Origin: a virus
Virus record (IMG/VR): IMGVR_UViG_3300032080_000002
Location: 11,192 to 75,191 of that record
DNA: 64,000 nt
Strand: one strand, 5' to 3'
Positions 7,967-17,132 of the stretch are shown here, one piece after another (within the stretch, counting starts at the first letter, position 1; each line of letters opens with the position of its first letter). Under the pieces are notes generated by a model. It had not been told where the DNA came from. It ran no database searches and worked only from the letters and a program-made list of their open reading frames with translations. Position numbers and translations under genes: made by a program.

Positions 7967-8486
7967 TTAATTTTATTTCATTTAAAAGATTTATGTGGGA
8001 TTCTTTCGTATCCAATAAATTCCCATTTTTATCTCTGTACATTTTTAAAGGCTGATCGTAAACTAAAAACCGATGTAATAACGCGTGATCAGATTTTGAT
8101 ACTATAATAACATCTGTAGCTAATTTTAAATCATAATTCCAATGATGTCGTTCAAAGCCTTTTTTGCATTTTGCTTTTTTAGACATAATTTTTGATTTAT
8201 ATTTTTCAGGATATTTATCATAGTAATTTTTCATAGCCAATTTCTTTTCTTCTTTAGTTGGCTTATGTTTTTCTTTATAGTTTAATCTATGGTATTTTTC
8301 CCTATGTCTAGCGTGCTCTTTTTCTAGCCATTCAGGATTTAGCCTAAGAATCTCTTCTCGTTCTTTAACATCTTTTCTATTGCAAGTTTTGCATTTGTTT
8401 AAATGTCCATCAGCCATTTGAGAGTGTCTGTAATATTCTGACAAAGGTTTTTCTTGTAAACATTTGAAACATTTTTTAATAACCAT
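7947..8486 (-). CDS. Zn-binding/HNH-like endonuclease
   Basis: KKCFKC...[10 protein letters not shown]-terminus; RHHWNY...HALLH C-terminus. Confidence 0.65.
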   Translation of the reverse strand: MVIKKCFKCLQEKPLSEYYRHSQMADGHLNKCKTCNRKDVKEREEILRLNPEWLEKEHARHREKYHRLNYKEKHKPTKEEKKLAMKNYYDKYPEKYKSKIMSKKAKCKKGFERHHWNYDLKLATDVIIVSKSDHALLHRFLVYDQPLKMYRDKNGNLLDTKESHINLLNEIKLNENSRS

Positions 8487-8501
8487 CTTAAATTATTTTT
8501 A

Positions 8502-8509
8502 CAAATATA
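8502..8509 (-). promoter_or_regulatory. -7 promoter element
   Basis: TATATTTG 15 nt upstream of ATG at 8486. Confidence 0.55.
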
Positions 8510-8596
8510 TAAAAATTATTCAAAATGGTTATTATTTAATGAAATTAATTTAACCTGAAATCCTTCACTATTAAAAGTTTCTATCGTATTTGAAAC

Positions 8597-8971
8597 TCAG
8601 AATGGAAGCGAGTCGTCATCTGAGTCCTCTGCAAAAGGATTTTCAAACGCTTGTTCAGGTGTTCCTTGTGGAATGTTATTATTTGTATTTGCGGGTCGGG
8701 TGATTTTCCAAGCCAAAATTGTATTAAAATATTTATCTTCTGCGCCATTAGGTGGTGACCATTGACGCCCTCGTAAATTTATTCCGATTTCTACTTCGTC
8801 ACCCACTTTGAAAGGATCTATAATATCCACTTTATCTTGTAGCAACTCGATCATAATTGGTTGAGGGAATTGTTCAGAGGTGAGTAAAACAAATTCCCTC
8901 TTTTGAAATCCAGAAGCGAATGTTTGAATATCCCCTATCTTTTTAATTGTTCCTTTTAATTCTAATGACAT
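8597..8971 (-). CDS. DUF3127-family single-stranded DNA-binding protein
   Basis: GFQKREFVL...INLRGRQW...YFNTILAWKI and acidic DDDSLPF tail. Confidence 0.85.
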   Translation of the reverse strand: MSLELKGTIKKIGDIQTFASGFQKREFVLLTSEQFPQPIMIELLQDKVDIIDPFKVGDEVEIGINLRGRQWSPPNGAEDKYFNTILAWKITRPANTNNNIPQGTPEQAFENPFAEDSDDDSLPF

Positions 8972-8973
8972 AA

Positions 8974-9645
8974 TTATTGTTTTAATTTGTTTTGGTTTTT
9001 AATAATGATATCCTCGTTGAGCCACTGTTTATTAATTTCTTTTCTGATTGCTTTCTTTATTTTGTCATTAGTTTTCTCGTCCTTTTCATTGAAATACTGC
9101 ATCATTGTAGGAACAACAAAATCCATTAATTTATACCTGCCAATTTTGCTAATTAACTTCTCTTTTCCAAAGTCAATTTCTAAATCACTTAAATCATTTG
9201 GATTGAAATTAATATGCATTTTTGGATAAGTATTTCTCTTTACTATTACCCGATCTAATTCTTCAGTAACCTGATAAACCGGCAAGTATCTCATTACCCT
9301 GAAAATTTCTTTTTCTGTTTGGTTAAATACTAAAGAATAATCTGCTGCTCTTAAAATGTGATCTAATTCGTAAAGATGTGTTTCTTCACGACCTTCCATC
9401 TTTTTTTCTATAGAGGCTGCTGTTAATCCACAACTGCTTAAAATTCTAGGAATCTCACTTTTATTAATTCCGTACTTTTGCATATCTTCGATTAATGCAT
9501 CCCAAATCCTTTTTGTAATTCCAGATTGATAGTTGTAGTGATTTTTTCTTTTACCGTTTTTAGTCTCGATTATTTGAAATAGGTCTATGTGTTTACATTT
9601 CCACTTCTCTTTTTCGATATACCAACGAAGTTTTCCATTGTACAT
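8974..9645 (-). CDS. Hypothetical protein
   Basis: 223-aa ORF. Confidence 0.7.
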   Translation of the reverse strand: MYNGKLRWYIEKEKWKCKHIDLFQIIETKNGKRKNHYNYQSGITKRIWDALIEDMQKYGINKSEIPRILSSCGLTAASIEKKMEGREETHLYELDHILRAADYSLVFNQTEKEIFRVMRYLPVYQVTEELDRVIVKRNTYPKMHINFNPNDLSDLEIDFGKEKLISKIGRYKLMDFVVPTMMQYFNEKDEKTNDKIKKAIRKEINKQWLNEDIIIKNQNKLKQ

Positions 9646-9974
9646 TATTGTGTATTTTTATTTAAAATTTGTATTACTTCTGCGAAATCTTCTCCTTTGG
9701 AATATATTTCTTTTATGATGCCTTTTTCGCTGTTCAATCTGTTGGCGTATATTTTTGGATGGTTTAGATTCGTAGCTAACAGTATTGACTTTTGGTAAGG
9801 TTTGATACACAGTACGAAAGAGGCATGGTCTTTGGTTGAGATACTGTCTAAGCTCGATACAAGCACTGTCTTTAGCAAGGGCTCGAAGAATAATTCTATA
9901 CCATTCGGCATTATTTTCACCTCTTCTACTTTCAGTAAAAAGCCTATGCCGACCTCTGTGTTTCTGGATTGCAT
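9645..9974 (-). CDS. Hypothetical protein
   Basis: 109-aa ORF with A/T-rich start context, stop overlaps next ATG. Confidence 0.6.
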   Translation of the reverse strand: MQSRNTEVGIGFLLKVEEVKIMPNGIELFFEPLLKTVLVSSLDSISTKDHASFVLCIKPYQKSILLATNLNHPKIYANRLNSEKGIIKEIYSKGEDFAEVIQILNKNTQ

Positions 9975-10365
9975 AAATAAATTTAGGTTTTAGATTTTTA
10001 TCGTTCTGATATCGCACGTACGGTAATACTTTCTCCGTAAGGCAATTTTCTCTATAATATTTAAATAATGCTCTGTGAAATAAATAGCATAAATGAAAGA
10101 TATTATATTCTTTTAAAAATGAGTTGAATAATTTCGTTATGTCTAAATATCTCGAAGTTTCATCGACTGAAGAATAAATCTCGATATTATAGCATAATAC
10201 TTTGTTATCGTAAAAAAGAAATCCCATAAAAGAACTATTGCCATATTCGTTGTAAAACTTATTTAAAGATTCTTCTCCATGAAAATTATAGAACTTGCGT
10301 TGTATATTTATGGGAGCATCTAAAATATAAGGAAATAATTTTGCAGTATGTAGATTCTTAGTCAA
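9658..10365 (-). CDS. Hypothetical protein; C-terminal ~105 aa overlap the downstream gene in another frame
   Basis: 235-aa ORF; first ~130 aa non-overlapping. Confidence 0.5.
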   Translation of the reverse strand: MTKNLHTAKLFPYILDAPINIQRKFYNFHGEESLNKFYNEYGNSSFMGFLFYDNKVLCYNIEIYSSVDETSRYLDITKLFNSFLKEYNIFHLCYLFHRALFKYYRENCLTEKVLPYVRYQNDKNLKPKFIYAIQKHRGRHRLFTESRRGENNAEWYRIILRALAKDSACIELRQYLNQRPCLFRTVYQTLPKVNTVSYESKPSKNIRQQIEQRKRHHKRNIFQRRRFRRSNTNFK

Positions 10366-10382
10366 TGGTTTGGTTTTTTATT

Positions 10383-10757
10383 TTAAAATGTTTTACCTCC
10401 TTCCTTCGATCTGTTTTCTAATTTATGATCGGATCTATTTTTATTGTACTCCATCTTTTCTTTTATAGCTCCGGAAATATCATAATTCCATCTTCCACAA
10501 TAATCCATTATTCTTATAATAGCATCTGCCATTTCGACTTCAGCCATTAACCTGTGTGGTAGATGATCATCCATCAATCCTTTTCTTTCGCCTTCCATTG
10601 CTTCAGATAATTCAGAGTGAATAAGGCAAATCATTTCTGCTTTATTTCTATCTTTTAATTTTCCTGTTTCTAAATTTGTATGCCAACCTGCGTTTTTAGA
10701 AGCTTCATAACATTTATCTCTTAAAATGTTTATTGATTCAAAATCTTTATTTGTCAT
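10383..10757 (-). CDS. MazG-like nucleotide pyrophosphohydrolase
   Basis: LIHSELSEAMEG...EVEMADAIIRIMD all-alpha NTP-PPase motifs. Confidence 0.85.
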   Translation of the reverse strand: MTNKDFESINILRDKCYEASKNAGWHTNLETGKLKDRNKAEMICLIHSELSEAMEGERKGLMDDHLPHRLMAEVEMADAIIRIMDYCGRWNYDISGAIKEKMEYNKNRSDHKLENRSKEGGKTF

Positions 10758-10763
10758 TTTTTA

Positions 10764-11384
10764 TTATATTATTTTTTTTATTGGTGTTTCTAATATTTTT
10801 TCAATACTCCATCCTCTGACTGTTCTGCTATAAAATGAACTATATTTTATTTTATAAATTTCACACCATTCTGCAATACTTCTTGAAACTCCTTTATATT
10901 CAAACAATCTATTATTGGTTCTATTTCTACATTGTTGAGTGTTTGTAGCCCACCTGCAGTTTCTTGGTGAGTAATCTTTATTGTTGTCTTTTCTATCTAA
11001 TGAATATCCTTTAGGTCTGTCTCCCATGTCGTTTATAAAGTTTTCTAGACCATTGATTTTATTTCTCCATCTATCACAAACTTTGATTCCTCTACCTCCA
11101 TAATTTTTATAATATTGTGCTTTAGGATAATAACATCTAGAATTCATATCTTTCCACGTTACAAATAACTCATGTTTGAGAAAAGAATTTCTTCTAATTC
11201 TTACACAGCCGCAGTCAGTATATATTCCTTTCCTAAGAAGTAATGATCGAATGCTTTTTATGTTTCCGCAATCACATAAGCACTTTACTTTAGATGAGTC
11301 ATTTATTGTTTTATTTTCAATATTTTCTAAAACTAATATTTTCCCAAATTTTTTACCGATCATATCTATTTTCTTTCTGCCCAT
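10764..11384 (-). mobile_element. Free-standing HNH homing endonuclease
   Basis: KCLCDCG, YKNYGGRGIKVCDRW, SLDRKDNNKDYSPRNCRWAT. Confidence 0.85.
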
Positions 11385-11385
11385 A

Positions 11386-11679
11386 TTATTTCTTCCATTT
11401 TTTTAGCGGACAAATTCCTGCATGATATCCTGAAAAATATTTTCCCGCCAAATAGCACCCGCAACCTCTCTTTGAAGTATATTTACCATCGACTTCTATG
11501 ATCACAATTCTTTTCTTTGAGCACCAACCATTACGATTTAACTCACATACTTTGCATTGTTCTTTTCGGTGGGAGATTTGTTCGTTGAGCTCTTCATCTT
11601 TTATAAAGGCAAAATTGTGACCTAAGTAAATTAAATAGCTTTCAAATATTTCCCAAATTTTGTTTTTAATATCTCGCAT
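11386..11679 (-). CDS. Cys-rich hypothetical protein
   Basis: CKVC...C...GCGC...CPLKKW; start trimmed to MRDIK. Confidence 0.65.
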   Translation of the reverse strand: MRDIKNKIWEIFESYLIYLGHNFAFIKDEELNEQISHRKEQCKVCELNRNGWCSKKRIVIIEVDGKYTSKRGCGCYLAGKYFSGYHAGICPLKKWKK

Positions 11680-11881
11680 TGTCGTAGTGTGCATATTGCC
11701 TCATGAGAGAATTCACTTCTTCGCAGTCATCGAAAAGCATTTTTCTTTCTTCCCACCATTTTTCGAATTCAAACCTTCTGGTATCTTTCCATTTAGCGAA
11801 TTGAATTGCTTCTGTTGTTTTAGAGATTGCTTTTTGCTTTAGATCTTTTAAAGCGTTTAGTGAGATTACTTTTTCTTCCAT
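11666..11881 (-). CDS. Hypothetical protein
   Basis: 71-aa ORF. Confidence 0.6.
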   Translation of the reverse strand: MEEKVISLNALKDLKQKAISKTTEAIQFAKWKDTRRFEFEKWWEERKMLFDDCEEVNSLMRQYAHYDNARY

Positions 11882-11981
11882 AGTATTATTTAAAATTTAT
11901 TCTTAATGTATTCTGTTATCGATTCGATAGCCATTGCGATTGTTAGTGCGCCAAAAAATATTGATAATTTTATTAATGTCA

Positions 11982-12284
11982 TTAATCTAATTCTTCGTAA
12001 GTCTGTTCAAAAATTTCTGGTTTGCAAGGATAAAAATCTCTATCTCCTGTTGGGAAAGCTTCTTTAATGATATAGTCATTTTGCATAGCTTTCATAAATC
12101 CTTCTTTTGTTTCAATGAACAAACTAAAAATAGGTGCGCCTTGTCCTGCGACATAAGCCGTTTCACTTTGGAGTTCTGCTTTCAATTCTTTGCCCACAAA
12201 TTTTTCAACATCTGATCTGTTTGAGTTACCATTGAATTGAATAGCTTCTACGATTACTGGTTTTTTTTTGTAATTTCTTACCAT
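11982..12284 (-). CDS. Conserved phage protein (YxKKPVxVEA family)
   Basis: NYKKKPVIVEAIQF...DYIIK...FYPCKPEIFEQTYE. Confidence 0.8.
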   Translation of the reverse strand: MVRNYKKKPVIVEAIQFNGNSNRSDVEKFVGKELKAELQSETAYVAGQGAPIFSLFIETKEGFMKAMQNDYIIKEAFPTGDRDFYPCKPEIFEQTYEELD

Positions 12285-12285
12285 T

Positions 12286-12660
12286 TTATTTGCTGTTATG
12301 TTTTATTTTTAATCCAAGTTCATAAGCCTGAGCCCCAATTTCCTCTATACGTCCATTACATTTTATACAACTTGCCATCCAGAATTTCTTATCAAGGTAT
12401 AATTCTTTGCTATGTTTAGATTTCATATGATGAATACAAGTTGAATAATTAGTGCAACCGTCTAATTTGACTTGACAAAATGGATTCGCTTCTAAGAAAT
12501 CTTTTCTTTCTGGCTTATATTCATGTAAAGTCTGTTGCATAGAACTTGAAACTTTCTTAATCGGTTTTCCAAATTTCATTTTCCAACAATATTGACAAAG
12601 TCCTTTACTGAAAATATAAGGTTTATTGCAGTCTAAGCATTTCTTTTTGCCGATTATCAT
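12286..12660 (-). CDS. HNH/NinG-like Zn-binding protein
   Basis: CLDC...CQYC, CQVKLDGCTNYSTCIHH...CIKCN. Confidence 0.65.
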   Translation of the reverse strand: MIIGKKKCLDCNKPYIFSKGLCQYCWKMKFGKPIKKVSSSMQQTLHEYKPERKDFLEANPFCQVKLDGCTNYSTCIHHMKSKHSKELYLDKKFWMASCIKCNGRIEEIGAQAYELGLKIKHNSK

Positions 12661-12664
12661 ATGA

Positions 12665-12752
12665 CAAATATATACAATCTATGTATATAATCCAAATACA
12701 ATGTGATAAATTTTAGCAAACCTTTAAAAAACTTCACTTATACATATTTTTG
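12665..12752. promoter_or_regulatory. Divergent promoter pair
   Basis: Minus TATATTTG at 12665-12672 (4 nt before ATG 12660); plus TATTTTTG at 12745-12752 before scaffold gene. Confidence 0.65.
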
Positions 12753-12772
12753 TTTCAAAATATACAAGACAT

Positions 12773-13834
12773 ATGAGCATATTAGACGAATACGGCATTA
12801 AGTCAGAGAGGGAAGAATCCACTACGAATATGCAGACTCCGGAGGTGACTCCCGAAACTCCGATTGTAGCAGAAACAACTGCTGCCGAGACGACGCAAGA
12901 ACAAACACAAGAAACTACCCAGATTGCAGATACGCAGTCTACAACCAATCAAGAACCAATAGTTCGAACTGAGGAAAATCAAGTAATCCAATTTGCAAAT
13001 GAAGAAGTTGCTAAAATGAATTCTTACTTCAAGAAGTACCCAGAGAAATCTATTGATGATTACAAAGCTTTAACGACTCCGGTTGAGCAGTTGAAAGAAG
13101 AAGATTTACTAAGGTCATATCTTTCTGAAAAAGAAGGAAAGACTAAATCCGAAATCGAGTATGCTTTAAAACAACTAGAGTTGAAAGAACAAGATCCAGA
13201 TTTTGATCCGGAATTCGACGATGACAAAGATAACTTGGAAGAGTTAAAAAAGAAAGGAGATCGAGAGAGGATGATTCAGAATGCTAGAGAATGGCATGAA
13301 GACTTCGTTAAAAGTGAATTAAACTTTGACGGTGACAATCAACCTACTCAGGAGGCTCAGCCTTCAGAAATCCCTTCAATCGAAAAATTCATTGAGGATG
13401 CTCAGGTTAAACACCAAGAGTACACACAAAATTATCTGACTAAAATTTACGAAGCTTTACCCCAATTAGATAAGATTGATTTGGAAATTGACGGCAAAAC
13501 TATTTCATTTGTTCCGGATGAAAATTTCAAAACGGAAATGAGAAAAGGTGCTGAGGATATTTCGAAGATCGGAAATGAATATTTCGATGAAACCGGAAAC
13601 ATTAAAGATGCGAAAGGTTTTATTAAAGAGAATGCTTTATGGGCAAATCCTAAAACTCGCCAACCATTGGTTGATTTTATAAAGGAACAAGCTGTAAATA
13701 ATTATATAGCTAAAACTGATAAAGCAAGAAGAAATATTACATTGGATGATGCGACGACAAGATCTGTTCCACAATCTGCAGAAAGAGGGGATGTTGTAGA
13801 CAAAATATTCAGCAACAAGAGAGGTGGTTTTTAA
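12773..13834 (+). CDS. Putative capsid scaffolding protein
   Basis: 353 aa, acidic, E/T/Q-rich N-terminus, immediately upstream of MCP. Confidence 0.65.
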   Translation: MSILDEYGIKSEREESTTNMQTPEVTPETPIVAETTAAETTQEQTQETTQIADTQSTTNQEPIVRTEENQVIQFANEEVAKMNSYFKKYPEKSIDDYKALTTPVEQLKEEDLLRSYLSEKEGKTKSEIEYALKQLELKEQDPDFDPEFDDDKDNLEELKKKGDRERMIQNAREWHEDFVKSELNFDGDNQPTQEAQPSEIPSIEKFIEDAQVKHQEYTQNYLTKIYEALPQLDKIDLEIDGKTISFVPDENFKTEMRKGAEDISKIGNEYFDETGNIKDAKGFIKENALWANPKTRQPLVDFIKEQAVNNYIAKTDKARRNITLDDATTRSVPQSAERGDVVDKIFSNKRGGF

Positions 13835-13863
13835 TTTAATTTAAAAATTTAAACAAAGAAAAA

Positions 13864-15264
13864 ATGGCAATAGCAATTACGACTCAACCAGAAAAATATT
13901 TCGTTAGTCAAATCGAAGAGGAACAAAGACCTCTAATCTCAGAACTTGAAATCACCGGTTTATGGAAGCCTGAATATCTAGGGAGATATGTGGCAGAGAA
14001 AATGGATGATACTTCTTTAATGGCTCAGTTAATGATCCAGGGAAGAGAAATGGCGGTATCTACCGATCAGATCATCTGGAAAGAAGAAGATAATAATTTC
14101 TCAGTAAATAGTATTACCGGTAAAGGGCTTATTACAAGAGCTGCAAACGTGTTCACTTTGAATACTTCTGCTATCCCTGAAGATACTTATGATATTGATT
14201 CTAATAGACCTGCGAATGCTCAGATCATCGCAGAGGTTGGAATGAACTTTATGGTTGTTGACTCTGCCGGCGAAATGAATCACGGAGAGATTACAGCAAT
14301 CGCTGCCGATCATCAATCATTCACTGCTAAGTGGATTGGAGAAGGAGCTACAGCATGGACTATTGGAACAACTGATTTAGATATTTTCTTCTACGGTTAC
14401 AACTTGGATCATTGCGAGTGTGCGCCTTGTATCGGTTATAAAACGTATGCACCAACCAGAGAGAACTCGATGTTCAAAGATGGTCAGTGTACAGAATATT
14501 GTGATGAAACAATCGCTAATGAAGGAGGTGGAGCATATAATCTTTTAGAAGTAGGAAACGGTGATTTCGTTACAGTTGACGAAAGATTACAACAAGCACA
14601 AATGTCTTTACTTGAAAGAGCTGAATGGCAGATGGCTTTCGGAAGAAGATTAACTGCAGCACAAGCTACAGCTTCCGGAAAAGTAGCTAGAGGTTTGAAT
14701 GGGATCTTCCCAATCCTTGATGAAAGAGCATTAAAGTTTGAAGGAATGATTGAATCTTTCGCAGACTTGACAGAAATTGCTAAATATCTAAAAAGAGAAG
14801 GTATTAAATATGCAACTCTTAGATGTAGTGATGACCAAATGGCTAAGATTAATGAGTTGATTCCTAACTTTACTCAGTTGCAATTTGATCCATTCGTAGA
14901 TCATACAAATCAAATGTTCTACATCGGATTTGGAGGACTTAAAGTTAATGGTGTTACATTAATTTTCAAAGAGTGGTCAGCATTAAATTCTCTTTCTGAA
15001 AATCTTGCAGCAAGATATCACTATGTAATTATTCCGGAAGGAAATCTTACAAGAGTAATGAATGGTGTAAAAACTAAAGTAGGTTACTTACAACTAGTTT
15101 GGTTTAAAGACTTAAACAATAGACCGTATAAATTCATGAGAGTTGAAAGCGGAGAACAGTCTTGCGGAAATCATAAGATTGATTATGTAAACAAAATGAG
15201 CATCGCCTTATTCCATCCTGAAAAATGGATTATTGGAGTAAATGTTGCAGAAGTAACACCGTAG
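13864..15264 (+). CDS. Major capsid protein (crAss-like)
   Basis: 466 aa; EMAVSTDQIIWKEE resembles the crAss-like MCP M-x4-DQI-x-W-x-E motif; after scaffold, before strong terminator. Confidence 0.75.
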   Translation: MAIAITTQPEKYFVSQIEEEQRPLISELEITGLWKPEYLGRYVAEKMDDTSLMAQLMIQGREMAVSTDQIIWKEEDNNFSVNSITGKGLITRAANVFTLNTSAIPEDTYDIDSNRPANAQIIAEVGMNFMVVDSAGEMNHGEITAIAADHQSFTAKWIGEGATAWTIGTTDLDIFFYGYNLDHCECAPCIGYKTYAPTRENSMFKDGQCTEYCDETIANEGGGAYNLLEVGNGDFVTVDERLQQAQMSLLERAEWQMAFGRRLTAAQATASGKVARGLNGIFPILDERALKFEGMIESFADLTEIAKYLKREGIKYATLRCSDDQMAKINELIPNFTQLQFDPFVDHTNQMFYIGFGGLKVNGVTLIFKEWSALNSLSENLAARYHYVIIPEGNLTRVMNGVKTKVGYLQLVWFKDLNNRPYKFMRVESGEQSCGNHKIDYVNKMSIALFHPEKWIIGVNVAEVTP

Positions 15265-15280
15265 TCTAGTATTATTTTTT

Positions 15281-15318
15281 GTACCTCTGCGGAATAATAT
15301 TTCCGTAGGGGTACTTTT
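15281..15318 (+). terminator. Intrinsic terminator after MCP
   Basis: GTACCTCTGCGGAA...TTCCGTAGGGGTAC followed by TTTT. Confidence 0.8.
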
Positions 15319-15342
15319 ATTTTAACAAATTCATAAAACAAA

Positions 15343-16272
15343 ATGGCAAAAGCAAAAAGCGTAATTTATATGTTCGACAAATCATTGGTTAATATGGTTC
15401 TTAAACCCGAACATGAAGTAATTGTAGATGATCAAGGTACTATGGAAACATGGCGACTTGTCAAAGGTGACTCTACTTTAAATGTAAAAAAACAAAGACC
15501 AAATGCAGTAATCAATCGATTCAGAGTTGGTACACAAAAGATGGTGATTTCAGATGCTACTACTCAAAAGTGGCTTGAATCAAAACCTTACTTCGGAACA
15601 AAAATAAAAATATACGATCAGGCTCAAGAAAATAAAAAAGCTTTAGAAAGTGTTATGGCTAACGTCAACACGGTACTAAAAGTTTCTAATTTAAACAACG
15701 AAGAATTATTAGGGTTAGGGTATCAAGTATTTGGTCAGAAAGCACTGAATATGGTAAAAGATGAAGGAAGCTACGATGGTCTTAAAATGCAGTTGTTAGC
15801 TAAAGCTAATAACGAAGCCGATACAATCGAAAAACTTTTAGATAAAGAGAAAAGCTCTTCTTCTACATGGTGGGCTCTCGCTTTCGCAAAAGGAATTATT
15901 AAAGAAGATCAATCTGGAACTAAAGTTTCTTGGGGAGACAAGCATGGTGGAGCAGAAATAATCAGTGTTACAGTTGGTATGAAACCTATTGATGCTATCA
16001 CTGAATATGCAACAACTCAGGAAGGAGCTACTGTAAAACAGATGATAGGTCAAAAGATGATTGATAAAGCGACATCGAAAAATTCGAAAGTATTAAATGA
16101 AGAAGCAGGAGAAGATAATAATGACGAGGAAGATGTAAATGAATATCCAGATAAGCTTGTAGACATGAAAGAGTTTGCAAAACAAAAAGGATACGATGTT
16201 GAAGAATATGTAGAAATCAACCGTAAAGAGAAGATGGTTGAATATCTTGACAGTAAAAAAACAGGTGAGTAA
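15343..16272 (+). CDS. Putative virion structural/assembly protein
   Basis: 309 aa between MCP and adaptor; small helical C-terminal domain. Confidence 0.55.
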   Translation: MAKAKSVIYMFDKSLVNMVLKPEHEVIVDDQGTMETWRLVKGDSTLNVKKQRPNAVINRFRVGTQKMVISDATTQKWLESKPYFGTKIKIYDQAQENKKALESVMANVNTVLKVSNLNNEELLGLGYQVFGQKALNMVKDEGSYDGLKMQLLAKANNEADTIEKLLDKEKSSSSTWWALAFAKGIIKEDQSGTKVSWGDKHGGAEIISVTVGMKPIDAITEYATTQEGATVKQMIGQKMIDKATSKNSKVLNEEAGEDNNDEEDVNEYPDKLVDMKEFAKQKGYDVEEYVEINRKEKMVEYLDSKKTGE

Positions 16273-16952
16273 TGATTAATATACTTTATAACATCATAAA
16301 CACAGCTTTAAATAAAAATCAGATGGGGAAAATTTCTCCATCTGAATATAATTCAGCTTTGTTCCAGGCAATGTCTAAAAACTACGCAGAGATTTATGGT
16401 AACTTCCGAAAGCTAAGCTACCGTAAAATGCGTTTCCAAGATTCTGCAGGATATGGTGATGAAGTATTTAATTTGAAGCAGGTTCTTGAATTCTATATAA
16501 ATGAAAAAGAGTTTGATCTGACTAATGGAATCGGTACAATGCCGGAAGAAGTGAATTTGATTGATTCTGTTTTTGATGATGATGTAGAATTCGAGAAAAC
16601 TGATTTAAAGATTTTCAATATCCTAAAGAGGTCAAATAAATTTGAGCCCACAATATGCAGTCCTATTTATACTTTAAATGATTCTACACTCAAATTATTG
16701 CCGGCTAAAAATAAAGTTGATATTACATACTTCCGAAAGCTTAAACAGCCGAAATGGACTTATGTAATCGCTAATGGAGTTGAAATGTTTAATCCGGATG
16801 CCACCGACTTCCAAGACATTGATATGCATTATTTAATGCTGCCAAACTTATTTATTGACGTACTCGCTATCTGCGGATTAAATCTCCAAATGGATCAGGT
16901 ACAAAATTATGTGAATATGTTGAAGCAGGAAGCGATGGTGAATAAACAATAG
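16272..16952 (+). CDS. Putative head-tail adaptor/ring protein
   Basis: 226 aa; ALNKNQMGKISPSEYN and YFRKLKQPKWTY resemble crAss-like ring proteins. Confidence 0.65.
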   Translation: MINILYNIINTALNKNQMGKISPSEYNSALFQAMSKNYAEIYGNFRKLSYRKMRFQDSAGYGDEVFNLKQVLEFYINEKEFDLTNGIGTMPEEVNLIDSVFDDDVEFEKTDLKIFNILKRSNKFEPTICSPIYTLNDSTLKLLPAKNKVDITYFRKLKQPKWTYVIANGVEMFNPDATDFQDIDMHYLMLPNLFIDVLAICGLNLQMDQVQNYVNMLKQEAMVNKQ

Positions 16953-16974
16953 TAATTATTTCATATTTAAAAAC

Positions 16975-17006
16975 AGAATCCCCAACATTAGTTGAGGGTT
17001 TTTTTA
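16975..17006. terminator. Bidirectional terminator at convergent junction
   Basis: AATCCCCAAC...GTTGAGGGTT with T run after and A run before. Confidence 0.65.
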
Positions 17007-17129
17007 TTATCGCTTACCACAGCTTTTACATCCTTTTTTAGATTTAGCCACTGCCATCTGCGTTACTTTCTCTTCTATCTTTTGCTTCCAAACTGTTGGT
17101 TGCAATGCTTTAATTTTTAAAATATTCAT
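17007..17129 (-). CDS. 40-aa basic peptide ending KKGCKSCGKR (not in ORF track)
   Basis: Own translation MNILKIKALQPTVWKQKIEEKVTQMAVAKSKKGCKSCGKR; fills the gap between portal stop and terminator. Confidence 0.5.
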   Translation of the reverse strand: MNILKIKALQPTVWKQKIEEKVTQMAVAKSKKGCKSCGKR

Positions 17130-17132
17130 AAT

